From: Burkholderiales bacterium
GTDB lineage: Bacteria; Pseudomonadota; Gammaproteobacteria; Burkholderiales; SG8-41
Direction: 5' to 3'
Assembly: GCA_022841375.1 (NCBI GenBank)
Contig: JALHRQ010000006.1
Location: 7,819-71,818, forward strand
Length of the DNA stretch: 64,000 bases
Part shown: piece by piece, positions 18,638 through 27,065 of the stretch
Layout of the letters: every line of letters starts with the position of its first letter
Position numbering within the stretch: the stretch's first letter is position 1
Translations under genes and position numbers: made by a program
Notes under the pieces: model-generated
Database searches by the model: none
What the model saw: only the letters and a program-made list of their open reading frames with translations
Told to the model about the DNA's origin: nothing

Positions 18638-19105
18638 ATGGCCAAGATCACAATGACCGTCAACGGCGTGAAGCAGAGCGCTGACGTCGAAGACCGCACG
18701 CTGCTCGCCAATTTCCTGCGCGACACACTGAAGCTTACCGGCACCCATGTCGGCTGCGACACCAGCCAGTGTGGGGCCTGCACCGTGCATGTCGACGGCC
18801 GCGCGGTGAAGTCGTGCACGATGCTGGCGGCGCAGGCCGACGGCGCCGATGTGGTGACCATCGAAGGCCTCGCCAAAAACGGCAAGCTGCATCCGGCACA
18901 GGCGGCGTTCACCGAATGCCATGCGCTGCAATGTGGTTTCTGCACCCCGGGCATGATCATGACCACCGCGGCGCTGATCAAGGACCACCCGAAGCCGACC
19001 GATGAGCAGATCGTGCACGGCCTTGAGGGCAATCTCTGCCGCTGCACCGGCTACCTGAACATCGTCAAGGCGGTCAAACACGCCGCCGAGCTGCAGGGCA
19101 AGTAA
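18638..19105 (+). CDS. [2Fe-2S]-binding small subunit (CoxS-like)
   Basis: [18 protein letters not shown] and CRCTGY cysteine motifs. Confidence 0.92.
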   Translation: MAKITMTVNGVKQSADVEDRTLLANFLRDTLKLTGTHVGCDTSQCGACTVHVDGRAVKSCTMLAAQADGADVVTIEGLAKNGKLHPAQAAFTECHALQCGFCTPGMIMTTAALIKDHPKPTDEQIVHGLEGNLCRCTGYLNIVKAVKHAAELQGK

Positions 19106-19171
19106 TCCGCAGCGTTCCTCCGCGCGCAGCTTCTCGCGCTATCCTTCGGGTTAACCGAAGGACACCGCACC

Positions 19172-20392
19172 ATGACATCCATTCCCTCATCCGCAACCGG
19201 CCCGCTGGCCGGCGTGCGCGTCATTGAACTCGGCCAGCTGATCGCCGGGCCGTTCTGCGGCAAGACGCTGGGCGACTTCGGCGCCGAAGTCATCAAGATC
19301 GAACCGCCGGGTAAGGGCGATCCGCTGCGCAAATGGCGCATGCTCAAAAACGGCAACTCGGTGTGGTGGGAAGTTCAGTCGCGCAACAAGCAGTCGGTGA
19401 CGCTGGACCTGACGCAGCCCGAAGGCCAGGACATCCTGCGTGCGCTGGTGAAGGAAGCCGATGTGCTGATCGAGAATTTCCGTCCCGGCAAGATGGAGGA
19501 GTGGGGTCTCGGTTATGAAGATTTAAAAAAACTCAATCCGCGGCTGGTGATGGCGCGCATCTCCGGCTACGGCCAGGACGGCCCGTACTGCAACCGCCCC
19601 GGTTTTGGCGTGATCGCCGAGTCGATGGGTGGGCTGCGGTATCTGACCGCAGAACCGGGGCGCGTGCCGGTGCGCGTCGGCGTGTCGATTGGCGACACGC
19701 TGGCGGCGTTGCACGGCGTGATCGGTGTGCTGATGGCGCTGTACCATCGTGATAGGAATGGGAAAGATGCGGGCGGTGAAGGCCAGGTCATTGATATCGC
19801 ACTGTATGAAAGCGTGTTCAACTGCATGGAAAGCCTGCTGCCCGAATACAGCGCCTTCAACGCCGTGCGTGAAGCCGCGGGCAGCGCGCTGCCGGGCATT
19901 GTGCCGTCGAACGCCTACCTCTGCAGCGACGGCTGGATACTGATCGGGGGCAACGGCGACGGGATTTTTAAACGACTGATGTCAGCGATTGGCCGCGATG
20001 ACCTCGGCACCGCGCCTGACCTCGCGTCGAACGACGGTCGCGTCAAGCGTGTCGTTGACATTGACGGTGCGATTACTGCGTGGACGAAGGTACGCGATAA
20101 AACCGTTGCGCTGAAAATCCTCGACCAATACGATGTGCCGTCGGGTGCGATCTTCTCCATCGCCGATATTGCCGCCGACGCGCAGTATCATGCGCGCGAG
20201 ATGATCCTCAACATCACCACCCGCGACGGCTATAAAGTCGACGTGCCCGGCATCGTGCCCAAGCTGTCGGCGACCCCGGGCGGCATTCGCAACGCTGCGC
20301 CGAAGCTGGGTGAGGATACGGAGGCGGTATTGCAGCGCGCCGGCCTCAAAGCGGAAACCATCGCCGATCTGCGCGCCAAGGGTGTGATTTAA
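19172..20392 (+). CDS. CaiB/BaiF family (class III) CoA-transferase
   Basis: GPLAGVRVIELGQLIAGPFCG, ENFRPG and GDTLAALHG motifs. Confidence 0.9.
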   Translation: MTSIPSSATGPLAGVRVIELGQLIAGPFCGKTLGDFGAEVIKIEPPGKGDPLRKWRMLKNGNSVWWEVQSRNKQSVTLDLTQPEGQDILRALVKEADVLIENFRPGKMEEWGLGYEDLKKLNPRLVMARISGYGQDGPYCNRPGFGVIAESMGGLRYLTAEPGRVPVRVGVSIGDTLAALHGVIGVLMALYHRDRNGKDAGGEGQVIDIALYESVFNCMESLLPEYSAFNAVREAAGSALPGIVPSNAYLCSDGWILIGGNGDGIFKRLMSAIGRDDLGTAPDLASNDGRVKRVVDIDGAITAWTKVRDKTVALKILDQYDVPSGAIFSIADIAADAQYHAREMILNITTRDGYKVDVPGIVPKLSATPGGIRNAAPKLGEDTEAVLQRAGLKAETIADLRAKGVI

Positions 20393-20429
20393 ATAATCAA
20401 TAAAAACAGGTAATTACGGAGTTTTCCCC

Positions 20430-20807
20430 ATGATCGATCACCTTGACCATTTCGTCCTGACCACCGCCCAACCCGATGCGGTCGTCCGTTTCTACACCGA
20501 AGTGCTGGGCATGAAAGCCGAGATTTTTGGCAAAGGCCGGCTCGCGCTGAAGTTCGGCCGGCAGAAAATCAACATCCACGTGCAGGGCCGCGAGTACGAA
20601 CCCAAGGCGCATGCACCGGGGACCGGCACGCTGGATTTCTGTTTCATTGCTGCAGTGCCACTGGAAGATGTGATTGCCAGCCTGGAAAAACACAGCATCT
20701 CCATCATCGAGGGACCGTGCACCAAGACCGGGGCGATGGGACCGATACGCTCGGTTTATTTCCGCGATCCCGATTTCAATCTGGTGGAAGTCTCGGAATA
20801 TCTCTGA
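20430..20807 (+). CDS. VOC (glyoxalase/bleomycin-resistance/dioxygenase) family protein
   Basis: 125 aa. It has IDHLDHFVLT and a C-terminal FRDPDFNLVEV, typical of the VOC fold. Confidence 0.8.
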   Translation: MIDHLDHFVLTTAQPDAVVRFYTEVLGMKAEIFGKGRLALKFGRQKINIHVQGREYEPKAHAPGTGTLDFCFIAAVPLEDVIASLEKHSISIIEGPCTKTGAMGPIRSVYFRDPDFNLVEVSEYL

Positions 20808-20825
20808 GCCCGCTGCCGCGACCCC

Positions 20826-21839
20826 TTACTGATCGCCAGTTGCCTGCGGTGTTTTGGTTTCAGCCGGGGGCCGCCGCCACAACATCAGGAACGGCCAGAC
20901 ATAGAGCTGCCATACCGTGCGCCACTGACCGTCGCTGCCGTCGCCGAGTCCCATGCGGAAGGTTTCCGGCGCCTGCGGCGGCACGTACAGGGTGCCGTAC
21001 AAGCGGTCCCAAACGGCGAGTTCGAATCCCCGATTGCAGCCCAGATGCCGCGGCTCGTAACTGTGGTGGAGCTGGTGGTGTGCCGGGCTGATCAGCCAGC
21101 GATTGAGTGTCGGTCCATAGGACAGCCAGACATGCCAATGGCGCAGGTTGCCGACCAGGTTGAACACCCAGATGATCGCGTGCAAGCCGAGAAAAGTGAT
21201 CATGCCGATGCCGGCATTGACGTAGCGATAAAAGCACCACGTCACGATGCCGGTGGTTAATGCAGGGATACAGGCCATCACTGCAAGGTCGATCGGGTGA
21301 GCGCGGAACGTGGTCATGGGTGTCAACACTTCGGCCGAGTGATGCACCTTGTGGAACTGCCATAGCCAAGGGATGTCGTGCAGCAGGCTGTGGGCGACGA
21401 AGCGGCCAAAATCATAGGCGATGAAAAAAAGCACCGTGTAAGTCACGGCTGTCCAGAACGAAGGCGCTGCAGCCGGCGCATCCGGCATGCCGAACAGGCT
21501 GCCCAACGCGGCGGTGATGCTTTGGGAACTGAACAGCAGCGGCCCGACGATCAGCGGAAACAGAATGGCGTTGACGAAATAAAAACGGTAATCGAGGCGC
21601 GATGAGGCGTGCCACCACAGACGCCGGCTGAGATAGCGGTCAAAAAACTCCTTCCAGTGCGGCTTTGCCGGATCAAGGTCGCCGCGGGCTTTGGTATAGC
21701 GCCAGGCCAGCATCGCGATCAGCAGCGTTGAAAGGATGAACGGCCAGTAGAGGAAGGAATCACGGTGCAAAAAGGTCAGCAGGGGCTTCAGTGCCAGGTA
21801 GGTGCTGTGAAACACCAGCTTGTAGACGATGTCTTCCAT
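20826..21839 (-). CDS. sterol desaturase / fatty acid hydroxylase superfamily membrane protein
   Basis: His boxes HSLLHD, HKVHHS and HHQLHHS, with multiple TM helices. Confidence 0.85.
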   Translation of the reverse strand: MEDIVYKLVFHSTYLALKPLLTFLHRDSFLYWPFILSTLLIAMLAWRYTKARGDLDPAKPHWKEFFDRYLSRRLWWHASSRLDYRFYFVNAILFPLIVGPLLFSSQSITAALGSLFGMPDAPAAAPSFWTAVTYTVLFFIAYDFGRFVAHSLLHDIPWLWQFHKVHHSAEVLTPMTTFRAHPIDLAVMACIPALTTGIVTWCFYRYVNAGIGMITFLGLHAIIWVFNLVGNLRHWHVWLSYGPTLNRWLISPAHHQLHHSYEPRHLGCNRGFELAVWDRLYGTLYVPPQAPETFRMGLGDGSDGQWRTVWQLYVWPFLMLWRRPPAETKTPQATGDQ

Positions 21840-21841
21840 GA

Positions 21842-21985
21842 CTAGCGATGATGCGGCAATTGCGCGCCGGAAGAAAGGAATCTTGGCTCACGGGGCAGCT
21901 TCGCCCCGCAGCGCACGCAGAATTTGTCCTTGCTGCCGACGGGCTGGTTGCACTCGTGGCAGCGGCGCATCTCGCAGTACCGCAT
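21842..21985 (-). CDS. 47-aa zinc-ribbon protein (not in ORF track)
   Basis: Reads MRYCEMRRCHECNQPVGSKDKFCVRCGAKLPREPRFLSSGAQLPHHR. It has paired CxxC motifs. Its ATG overlaps the upstream stop (TGATG), and its TAG lies 2 nt before the desaturase ATG. Confidence 0.6.
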   Translation of the reverse strand: MRYCEMRRCHECNQPVGSKDKFCVRCGAKLPREPRFLSSGAQLPHHR

Positions 21986-23157
21986 CAGGATCGCAGCAGC
22001 TTGTCCTCAAACCAGTTCCACATCTCCGCGACGCCCAGCGTCAGGTAATCGCGCTGGCAGTGCTGCGCGCCGCCTTCTTCGGCGGTGAAAACCCGGAGTT
22101 TCTTGTCCGGTGAACCGGAGGCGTTGTACAGCGCCTGGGCATCGGCCAGCGGCACCTGTTCGTCGTCGGCGCCATGCACGATCAGGAAGGGGCAGCGCAT
22201 TTTCTGCACCACGCCGTCGAGTTTGAACGGTTCGAGTTTTTTCAGCGCTTCGTCCAGCGTGTCCACACCCAAGATCCACGTGATGTGGTGGCCGGGCACC
22301 GACAGGGAAGTCTTGAACTGCGCGTCGATGCGTTTTTTCCAGGTGGCGTGGTAATCCCAGATCGCGCCCCAAGCGATGCAGGCGGCAAAACGATGGTCCA
22401 TCGAGGCCATGCGCGGCGAGTAGTAACCGCCGAGGCTGATCGCGACCACGCCGATTTTTTTAGCATCGACGTCGTTACGTTTTTCCAGCCAGTCGACGCA
22501 GGCCGAGCCGGCGATTTCGTAGTCGTGGCGCAGATACTGGCCGCGGAAACGGATGGCTTCGCCGGTACCGGGGCCGTCCATCACCAGCACCGAGATGCCG
22601 CGCTTGATCAGGTCGGGTACGCCGCGCACGTACTGGATTTCCTTGGTGACGTCGAGGCCGTCGAAATACACCACGCAGGGCGGCTTCTTCGATTTGGCAT
22701 TCTGCGCATGCACGAAATAACCGGGCAGGGGGCCGGCGGACGTTGGAATCTCGACGATCTCGATTTTGACGTCGGTCAGCGCGACATGGCGATGAAAACA
22801 ATCCACGCCCTTTTTGTAGGCGGCGAGCGCAATGTCGTCCTTCGGCGTGCGGAAACGCTCGGCCATCTGGTAGTAGTTGCAGGCGCGCAGATAGGCGTGC
22901 GCAGCCGACACCGCATGCTTGGAAGCTTCGAAACGTTCGGCATGCGCGCGAACTTTATCGGCCACGTTTACGCAGGCCTGGAACCAGGCTTCGTCATCCT
23001 CCGGGTCCTTGTCCTTCAACTGCACGCCGATCTTGTGCAGTTCGCTGATTTCCGAGCCGCCGTAGGGCGCGGAGCTCATCATGTTGATGAATGCCGACGA
23101 CCACCGGTAGTTGCCGGGGAAGTACATGAAATAGGTGGATTCCTTCTTCGCGGTCAT
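21985..23157 (-). CDS. alpha/beta hydrolase (helical N-terminal cap plus serine-hydrolase core; resembles C-C hydrolase/dienelactone hydrolase-type families)
   Basis: Nucleophile elbow AISLGGYY. C-terminal HGADDEQVP has the Asp/His region. Confidence 0.75.
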   Translation of the reverse strand: MTAKKESTYFMYFPGNYRWSSAFINMMSSAPYGGSEISELHKIGVQLKDKDPEDDEAWFQACVNVADKVRAHAERFEASKHAVSAAHAYLRACNYYQMAERFRTPKDDIALAAYKKGVDCFHRHVALTDVKIEIVEIPTSAGPLPGYFVHAQNAKSKKPPCVVYFDGLDVTKEIQYVRGVPDLIKRGISVLVMDGPGTGEAIRFRGQYLRHDYEIAGSACVDWLEKRNDVDAKKIGVVAISLGGYYSPRMASMDHRFAACIAWGAIWDYHATWKKRIDAQFKTSLSVPGHHITWILGVDTLDEALKKLEPFKLDGVVQKMRCPFLIVHGADDEQVPLADAQALYNASGSPDKKLRVFTAEEGGAQHCQRDYLTLGVAEMWNWFEDKLLRS

Positions 23158-23176
23158 GCCGGTTCCTTTGTTTTTG

Positions 23177-23311
23177 AAAAACTAAAACCATTAGCCACAG
23201 AGGACACAGAGAACGGCAAAACAACCGATCGCAAGGTTCCCGGTTTCCTCTGTGTACCCCTCAAGGGGGTATAGCGTTTCTCCGTGCTCTCTGTGGCTGC
23301 TTTTGAAGTTT
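23177..23311. repeat. palindromic MITE/REP-like intergenic element, copy 1
   Basis: Termini AGCCACAGAGGACACAGAG ... CTCTCTGTGGCT with A/T-rich flanks (AAAACTAAAACCATT / GCTTTTGAAGTTT). A second copy lies at 40594-40720. Confidence 0.7.
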
Positions 23312-24275
23312 ACTGCTTCGGAATATTGGCGACGCGGGCGATCTTCGCCCATTTTTCGGTTTCGGCGCGGATGAAGTCTGCGTAGGCCGTGGTGGTGATG
23401 CCGCTGGCCTCATGGCCCTGCCCGGAATACAGCGCGCGGGCCTCCGGCGCGGCCAGCTGTTTGGATACGATTTCGGCGATACGGTTGACGATCGCCGGCG
23501 ACGTTCCGGCCGGCGCCAGCACGCCGTTCCAGTTATAACTTTCGAAATCCTTGATGCCCTGTTCGGCGATGGTCGGCACGTTGGGCAGCAGGGGTGAACG
23601 CTCGCGCGACGTGGCGCCGAGGCAGCGCAGCTTGCCGGCGTTGACATGCGGCGTGGCGATGGCGAACTGGTTAATTGCAAGTTCGATGTTTCCGGCGATC
23701 AGGTCGATGGTGTATTGCGCCGCGCCTTTGTAGGGGATGTGATTCAGTTTGACGCCGGCCTGAAACGCGAACAGTTCGGTGGCGAAATGGCCGACGGTTC
23801 CGACTCCGGGCGAGCCGTAATTGATCTTGCCGGGCTGGGCCTTGGCCAACGCGATGAACTCCTTGACGTTGCGGGCAGGCAGACTCGGGTGCAGGCAGAC
23901 ACAGCTCGCGCTGCGCGCGATCAGCACAATGGGCACCAGATCACGCAGCGTGTCGTAAGGCATGGTGTTGCGCACGCTGGGGGCGATGGTCAGGGGGCCC
24001 GGGTTGCCGGCAAGCAGGGTGTAGCCGTCAGGCGCGCTTCTGACCACGGCTTCGGTGCCGGGCACGCCGCCGGCTCCCGGCCGGTTGTCGACCATGAACT
24101 GCTGACCCGTTGCGGCGGTGAGCTGTTGTGCCGCCCAGCGCGCCTGATTGTCGGTCGGGCCCGCGGGAACGAAGGGCACGACGATGCGTACCGCTTTGCT
24201 GGGATAGTTTTGGGCTGCGGCAGAGGCCACGAATAATGCCGATGCCAGGTTGCCGAGCAGGGTTGCGGATTTCAT
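23310..24275 (-). CDS. Bug/TctC-family tripartite tricarboxylate transporter substrate-binding protein
   Basis: The signal peptide ends AAAQNYPSKAVRIVVPF, then GGVPG. SD GGAGGAG lies before ATG 24275. Confidence 0.9.
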   Translation of the reverse strand: MKSATLLGNLASALFVASAAAQNYPSKAVRIVVPFVPAGPTDNQARWAAQQLTAATGQQFMVDNRPGAGGVPGTEAVVRSAPDGYTLLAGNPGPLTIAPSVRNTMPYDTLRDLVPIVLIARSASCVCLHPSLPARNVKEFIALAKAQPGKINYGSPGVGTVGHFATELFAFQAGVKLNHIPYKGAAQYTIDLIAGNIELAINQFAIATPHVNAGKLRCLGATSRERSPLLPNVPTIAEQGIKDFESYNWNGVLAPAGTSPAIVNRIAEIVSKQLAAPEARALYSGQGHEASGITTTAYADFIRAETEKWAKIARVANIPKQ

Positions 24276-24453
24276 GGACTCCTCCAGAGTTTTGCGTGTC
24301 ACATCGTGAACCTGATGCAGGAGAACATGATTCGGATGAACACGGTGCACGCTTGTTGCCGCACCTTAGTTAGCTGCCCCGTGCCTGTCAATGTTCTGCA
24401 CCGCTTCTGTTAAAATCCTGCTCTTTCGCGTCTTCTTTCAATTGGGGAAAACC

Positions 24454-25350
24454 ATGGCCGCAAAATCCAAAAAGTCCGCCAAGCGGAATTACACCGACAT
24501 CTTGTATGAAGTTAAGGACCAGGTGGCATGGATCACCATCAATCGCGAGAAAGTGCTCAATGCATTCCGCGAGCAGACTCTGGATGAAATGATCGACGCG
24601 CTGAAATCGACCCGCGAAGATCCGTCGATCGTCTGCGCCGTGGTCACCGGCAAGGGCAATCGTTCATTCTCCGCCGGCGGTGATTTCTACGCGATGAAGC
24701 GCCTCAATTTCACCAACGCCTACATGTGGAATGACCGCATGCTCGGGCTGGCGATGACCATCCGTGGCCTGCCGATCCCGGTAATCGCGATGGTCAACGG
24801 CTGGTGCATGGGCGGCGGACACGAGCTCGCGCTGTGGTGCGATCTGGTGATTGCCTCGGAAAACGCCGTGCTCGGCCAGACCGGCGCCAAAGTCGGCGCC
24901 TGCCCGACCGTGGGCGCAACCCAGTACCTGCCGCGCATCCTCGGCGAGCGACTGGCGCGTGAAATGATTTTCTGCGCGCGTCGCTTCGGCGCCAAGGAAG
25001 CCGTTGAAGTCGGCCTGATTAACAAGTGTGTGCCGCAAAAGGATTTGCTGAAAGAGACGCTGAAGTGGTGTGAAACCATGAAGGGCCACAGCGCGCTGAC
25101 GCTGCGCATGACCAAGAAGTCGCTGAACTTTGAATCCGACAACCTGTACTCGTCGTGGCAGCACGGCATGGAACTGCTGGCGCATGTCTGGGGCTCGCCC
25201 GAGGCCAATGAAGGCATGGATGCCTTCCTCGCCGGCCGCAAGCCGGATTTCCAGCAGTTCCGGATGAAGGCGAAAAAGGAACTGGAGAAATACGTCGACG
25301 GCTGCGACAAGGATCTCAACGCGCCGCCTTCGATGCGGAAAAAGCGGTAA
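24454..25350 (+). CDS. enoyl-CoA hydratase/isomerase (crotonase) family protein
   Basis: VAWITINREKVLNAF, FSAGGDF and GWCMGGGHELALWCD motifs. It has an extended basic C-terminus. Confidence 0.88.
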   Translation: MAAKSKKSAKRNYTDILYEVKDQVAWITINREKVLNAFREQTLDEMIDALKSTREDPSIVCAVVTGKGNRSFSAGGDFYAMKRLNFTNAYMWNDRMLGLAMTIRGLPIPVIAMVNGWCMGGGHELALWCDLVIASENAVLGQTGAKVGACPTVGATQYLPRILGERLAREMIFCARRFGAKEAVEVGLINKCVPQKDLLKETLKWCETMKGHSALTLRMTKKSLNFESDNLYSSWQHGMELLAHVWGSPEANEGMDAFLAGRKPDFQQFRMKAKKELEKYVDGCDKDLNAPPSMRKKR

Positions 25351-25365
25351 TTGGTAAATGGTAAT

Positions 25366-25402
25366 GGGTGGGGGTAAACGGCAAAACGCCGTGCCCTCAC
25401 CC
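25366..25402 (+). other. stable intercistronic stem-loop
   Basis: GGGTGGGGG-TAA-ACGGC-AAAAC-GCCGT-G-CCCTCACCC forms 14 bp with one G-U. No U-run follows. Confidence 0.5.
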
Positions 25403-25434
25403 CTGACTCCTTACCCCTCACCAGTCTCACCGCC

Positions 25435-26640
25435 ATGCCCCCAGCAGAACCCCAAGGCGCATTAACCGGCATCCGCGTCCTCGATCTGACGCGCATTCTC
25501 GCCGGACCGCTGTGCACGATGATGCTCGGCGACATGGGCGCCGATGTGATCAAGGTCGAACCGCCCGGCACGGGCGACGACACGCGCAGCTGGGGGCCGC
25601 CATTTGCCGCCGGTGAATCGGCGTACTACCTCGGCGTAAACCGCAACAAGCGCTCGATCACGCTGAACATGGCGATGAAGTCCGGTCAGGAAGTGCTGGC
25701 CGGACTGATTCGCAAGGCCGACGTGCTGGTCGAGAATTTCAAGGTCGGCACGCTGGAGAAGTGGGGCTTCGACAACGAGTGGCTCAAGGCCAATGCGCCG
25801 CGCGTCGTGCGTTGTTCGATCACCGGCTACGGTTCGGTCGGGCCCAAGGCCGGACTTCCCGGTTACGATTTCATCCTGCAGGCCGAGTCCGGCCTGATGG
25901 GTATCACCGGTGAGCCCGACGGCACGCCGATGAAATATGGTGTGGCGATTGTCGATATCTGCACCGGCATGCTTGCTTGCAATTCGGTACTCGCGGCGCT
26001 CAATGCGCGGCACAGCACCGGGCGTGGCCAGCATGTCGAAGTGTCGCTGTTTGATTCCGGACTGGCGATGCTGGCCAACGTGGCTTCGAACCACCTCATT
26101 TCAGGCAAAAATGCCGGGCGCTTCGGCAACGGGCATCCCAACATCGTGCCATACACCGCGTACCCGACGGGCGACGACATGATCGCGGTGGCGGTCGGCA
26201 ATGACGGCCAGTTCGCGAAATTCTCCGCGGTGCTTGGCCATGCTGAATGGGCGACCGACCCACGCTTCACCAAAAATCCGGATCGTATTGGCAACCGTGA
26301 TGCGCTGGATGCGCTGATCAAAACCGAATTGAAACGCCAGGGTGCAGAAACCTGGATTGAGCAGTTGATGGCGGCAGGTATTCCGTGTGGCCGCATCAAT
26401 AACGTTGCGCAGGCGCTGGCCGCGCCGCATGCGATTGCGCGTGACATGGTGACTACGGTCGAGCATCCGACCGCGGGCGCCGTCAAAATGCTCGGCATCC
26501 CCTTTCGTTTCAGCGACACGCCGGCGAGCATCCGCCGTCCGCCGCCGTTGCTGGGCCAACATACCGAGGCGGTGCTGCGCGAGGAACTCGGTTTCAGTGA
26601 CACCCGCATCGCTGAGCTGCGCGCAGAAAAAGTTATTTAA
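25435..26640 (+). CDS. CaiB/BaiF family (class III) CoA-transferase
   Basis: GALTGIRVLDLTRILAGPLCT and ENFKVG motifs. It is a paralogue of the 19172 gene. Confidence 0.9.
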   Translation: MPPAEPQGALTGIRVLDLTRILAGPLCTMMLGDMGADVIKVEPPGTGDDTRSWGPPFAAGESAYYLGVNRNKRSITLNMAMKSGQEVLAGLIRKADVLVENFKVGTLEKWGFDNEWLKANAPRVVRCSITGYGSVGPKAGLPGYDFILQAESGLMGITGEPDGTPMKYGVAIVDICTGMLACNSVLAALNARHSTGRGQHVEVSLFDSGLAMLANVASNHLISGKNAGRFGNGHPNIVPYTAYPTGDDMIAVAVGNDGQFAKFSAVLGHAEWATDPRFTKNPDRIGNRDALDALIKTELKRQGAETWIEQLMAAGIPCGRINNVAQALAAPHAIARDMVTTVEHPTAGAVKMLGIPFRFSDTPASIRRPPPLLGQHTEAVLREELGFSDTRIAELRAEKVI

Positions 26641-26654
26641 AACAAATACTTGCT

Positions 26655-27065
26655 ATGATCACCGGACTCAGTCACGTTTCCATCGTGGTTCCCGATCTGG
26701 CGGCGGCCCTGGAAAAAATGCGTGCGACGTACGGGCTGGTGGCCGGCGACATCAAGGTCAATGACGAGCAGGGTGTGCGCATGACCTATATCGATCTCGG
26801 CAATGCCAAGATCGAACTGATGGAGCCGACTAACCCGGACTCGCCGATCGCGAAATTTCTCGAACGCAATCCCAAAGGCGGCATCCATCATTTCTGCCTC
26901 GGCGTCGACAGCGTCGGGCGGACCACGAATGCACTGACCAAGGCCGGCGTGCAGGTGCTAGGCGCCGGCAAGGTGCAACTCAACGTACACGGCGAACGCA
27001 TAGCCTTTGTGCACCCGAACGATTTTCTCGGGGCGCTGATCGAACTGGAGGAACACGGTGGCTGA
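26655..27065 (+). CDS. VOC family protein, methylmalonyl-CoA epimerase-like
   Basis: GLSHVSIVVPDL, IELMEP, GGIHHFCLGV and FVHPNDFLGALIELEE motifs. Confidence 0.8.
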   Translation: MITGLSHVSIVVPDLAAALEKMRATYGLVAGDIKVNDEQGVRMTYIDLGNAKIELMEPTNPDSPIAKFLERNPKGGIHHFCLGVDSVGRTTNALTKAGVQVLGAGKVQLNVHGERIAFVHPNDFLGALIELEEHGG

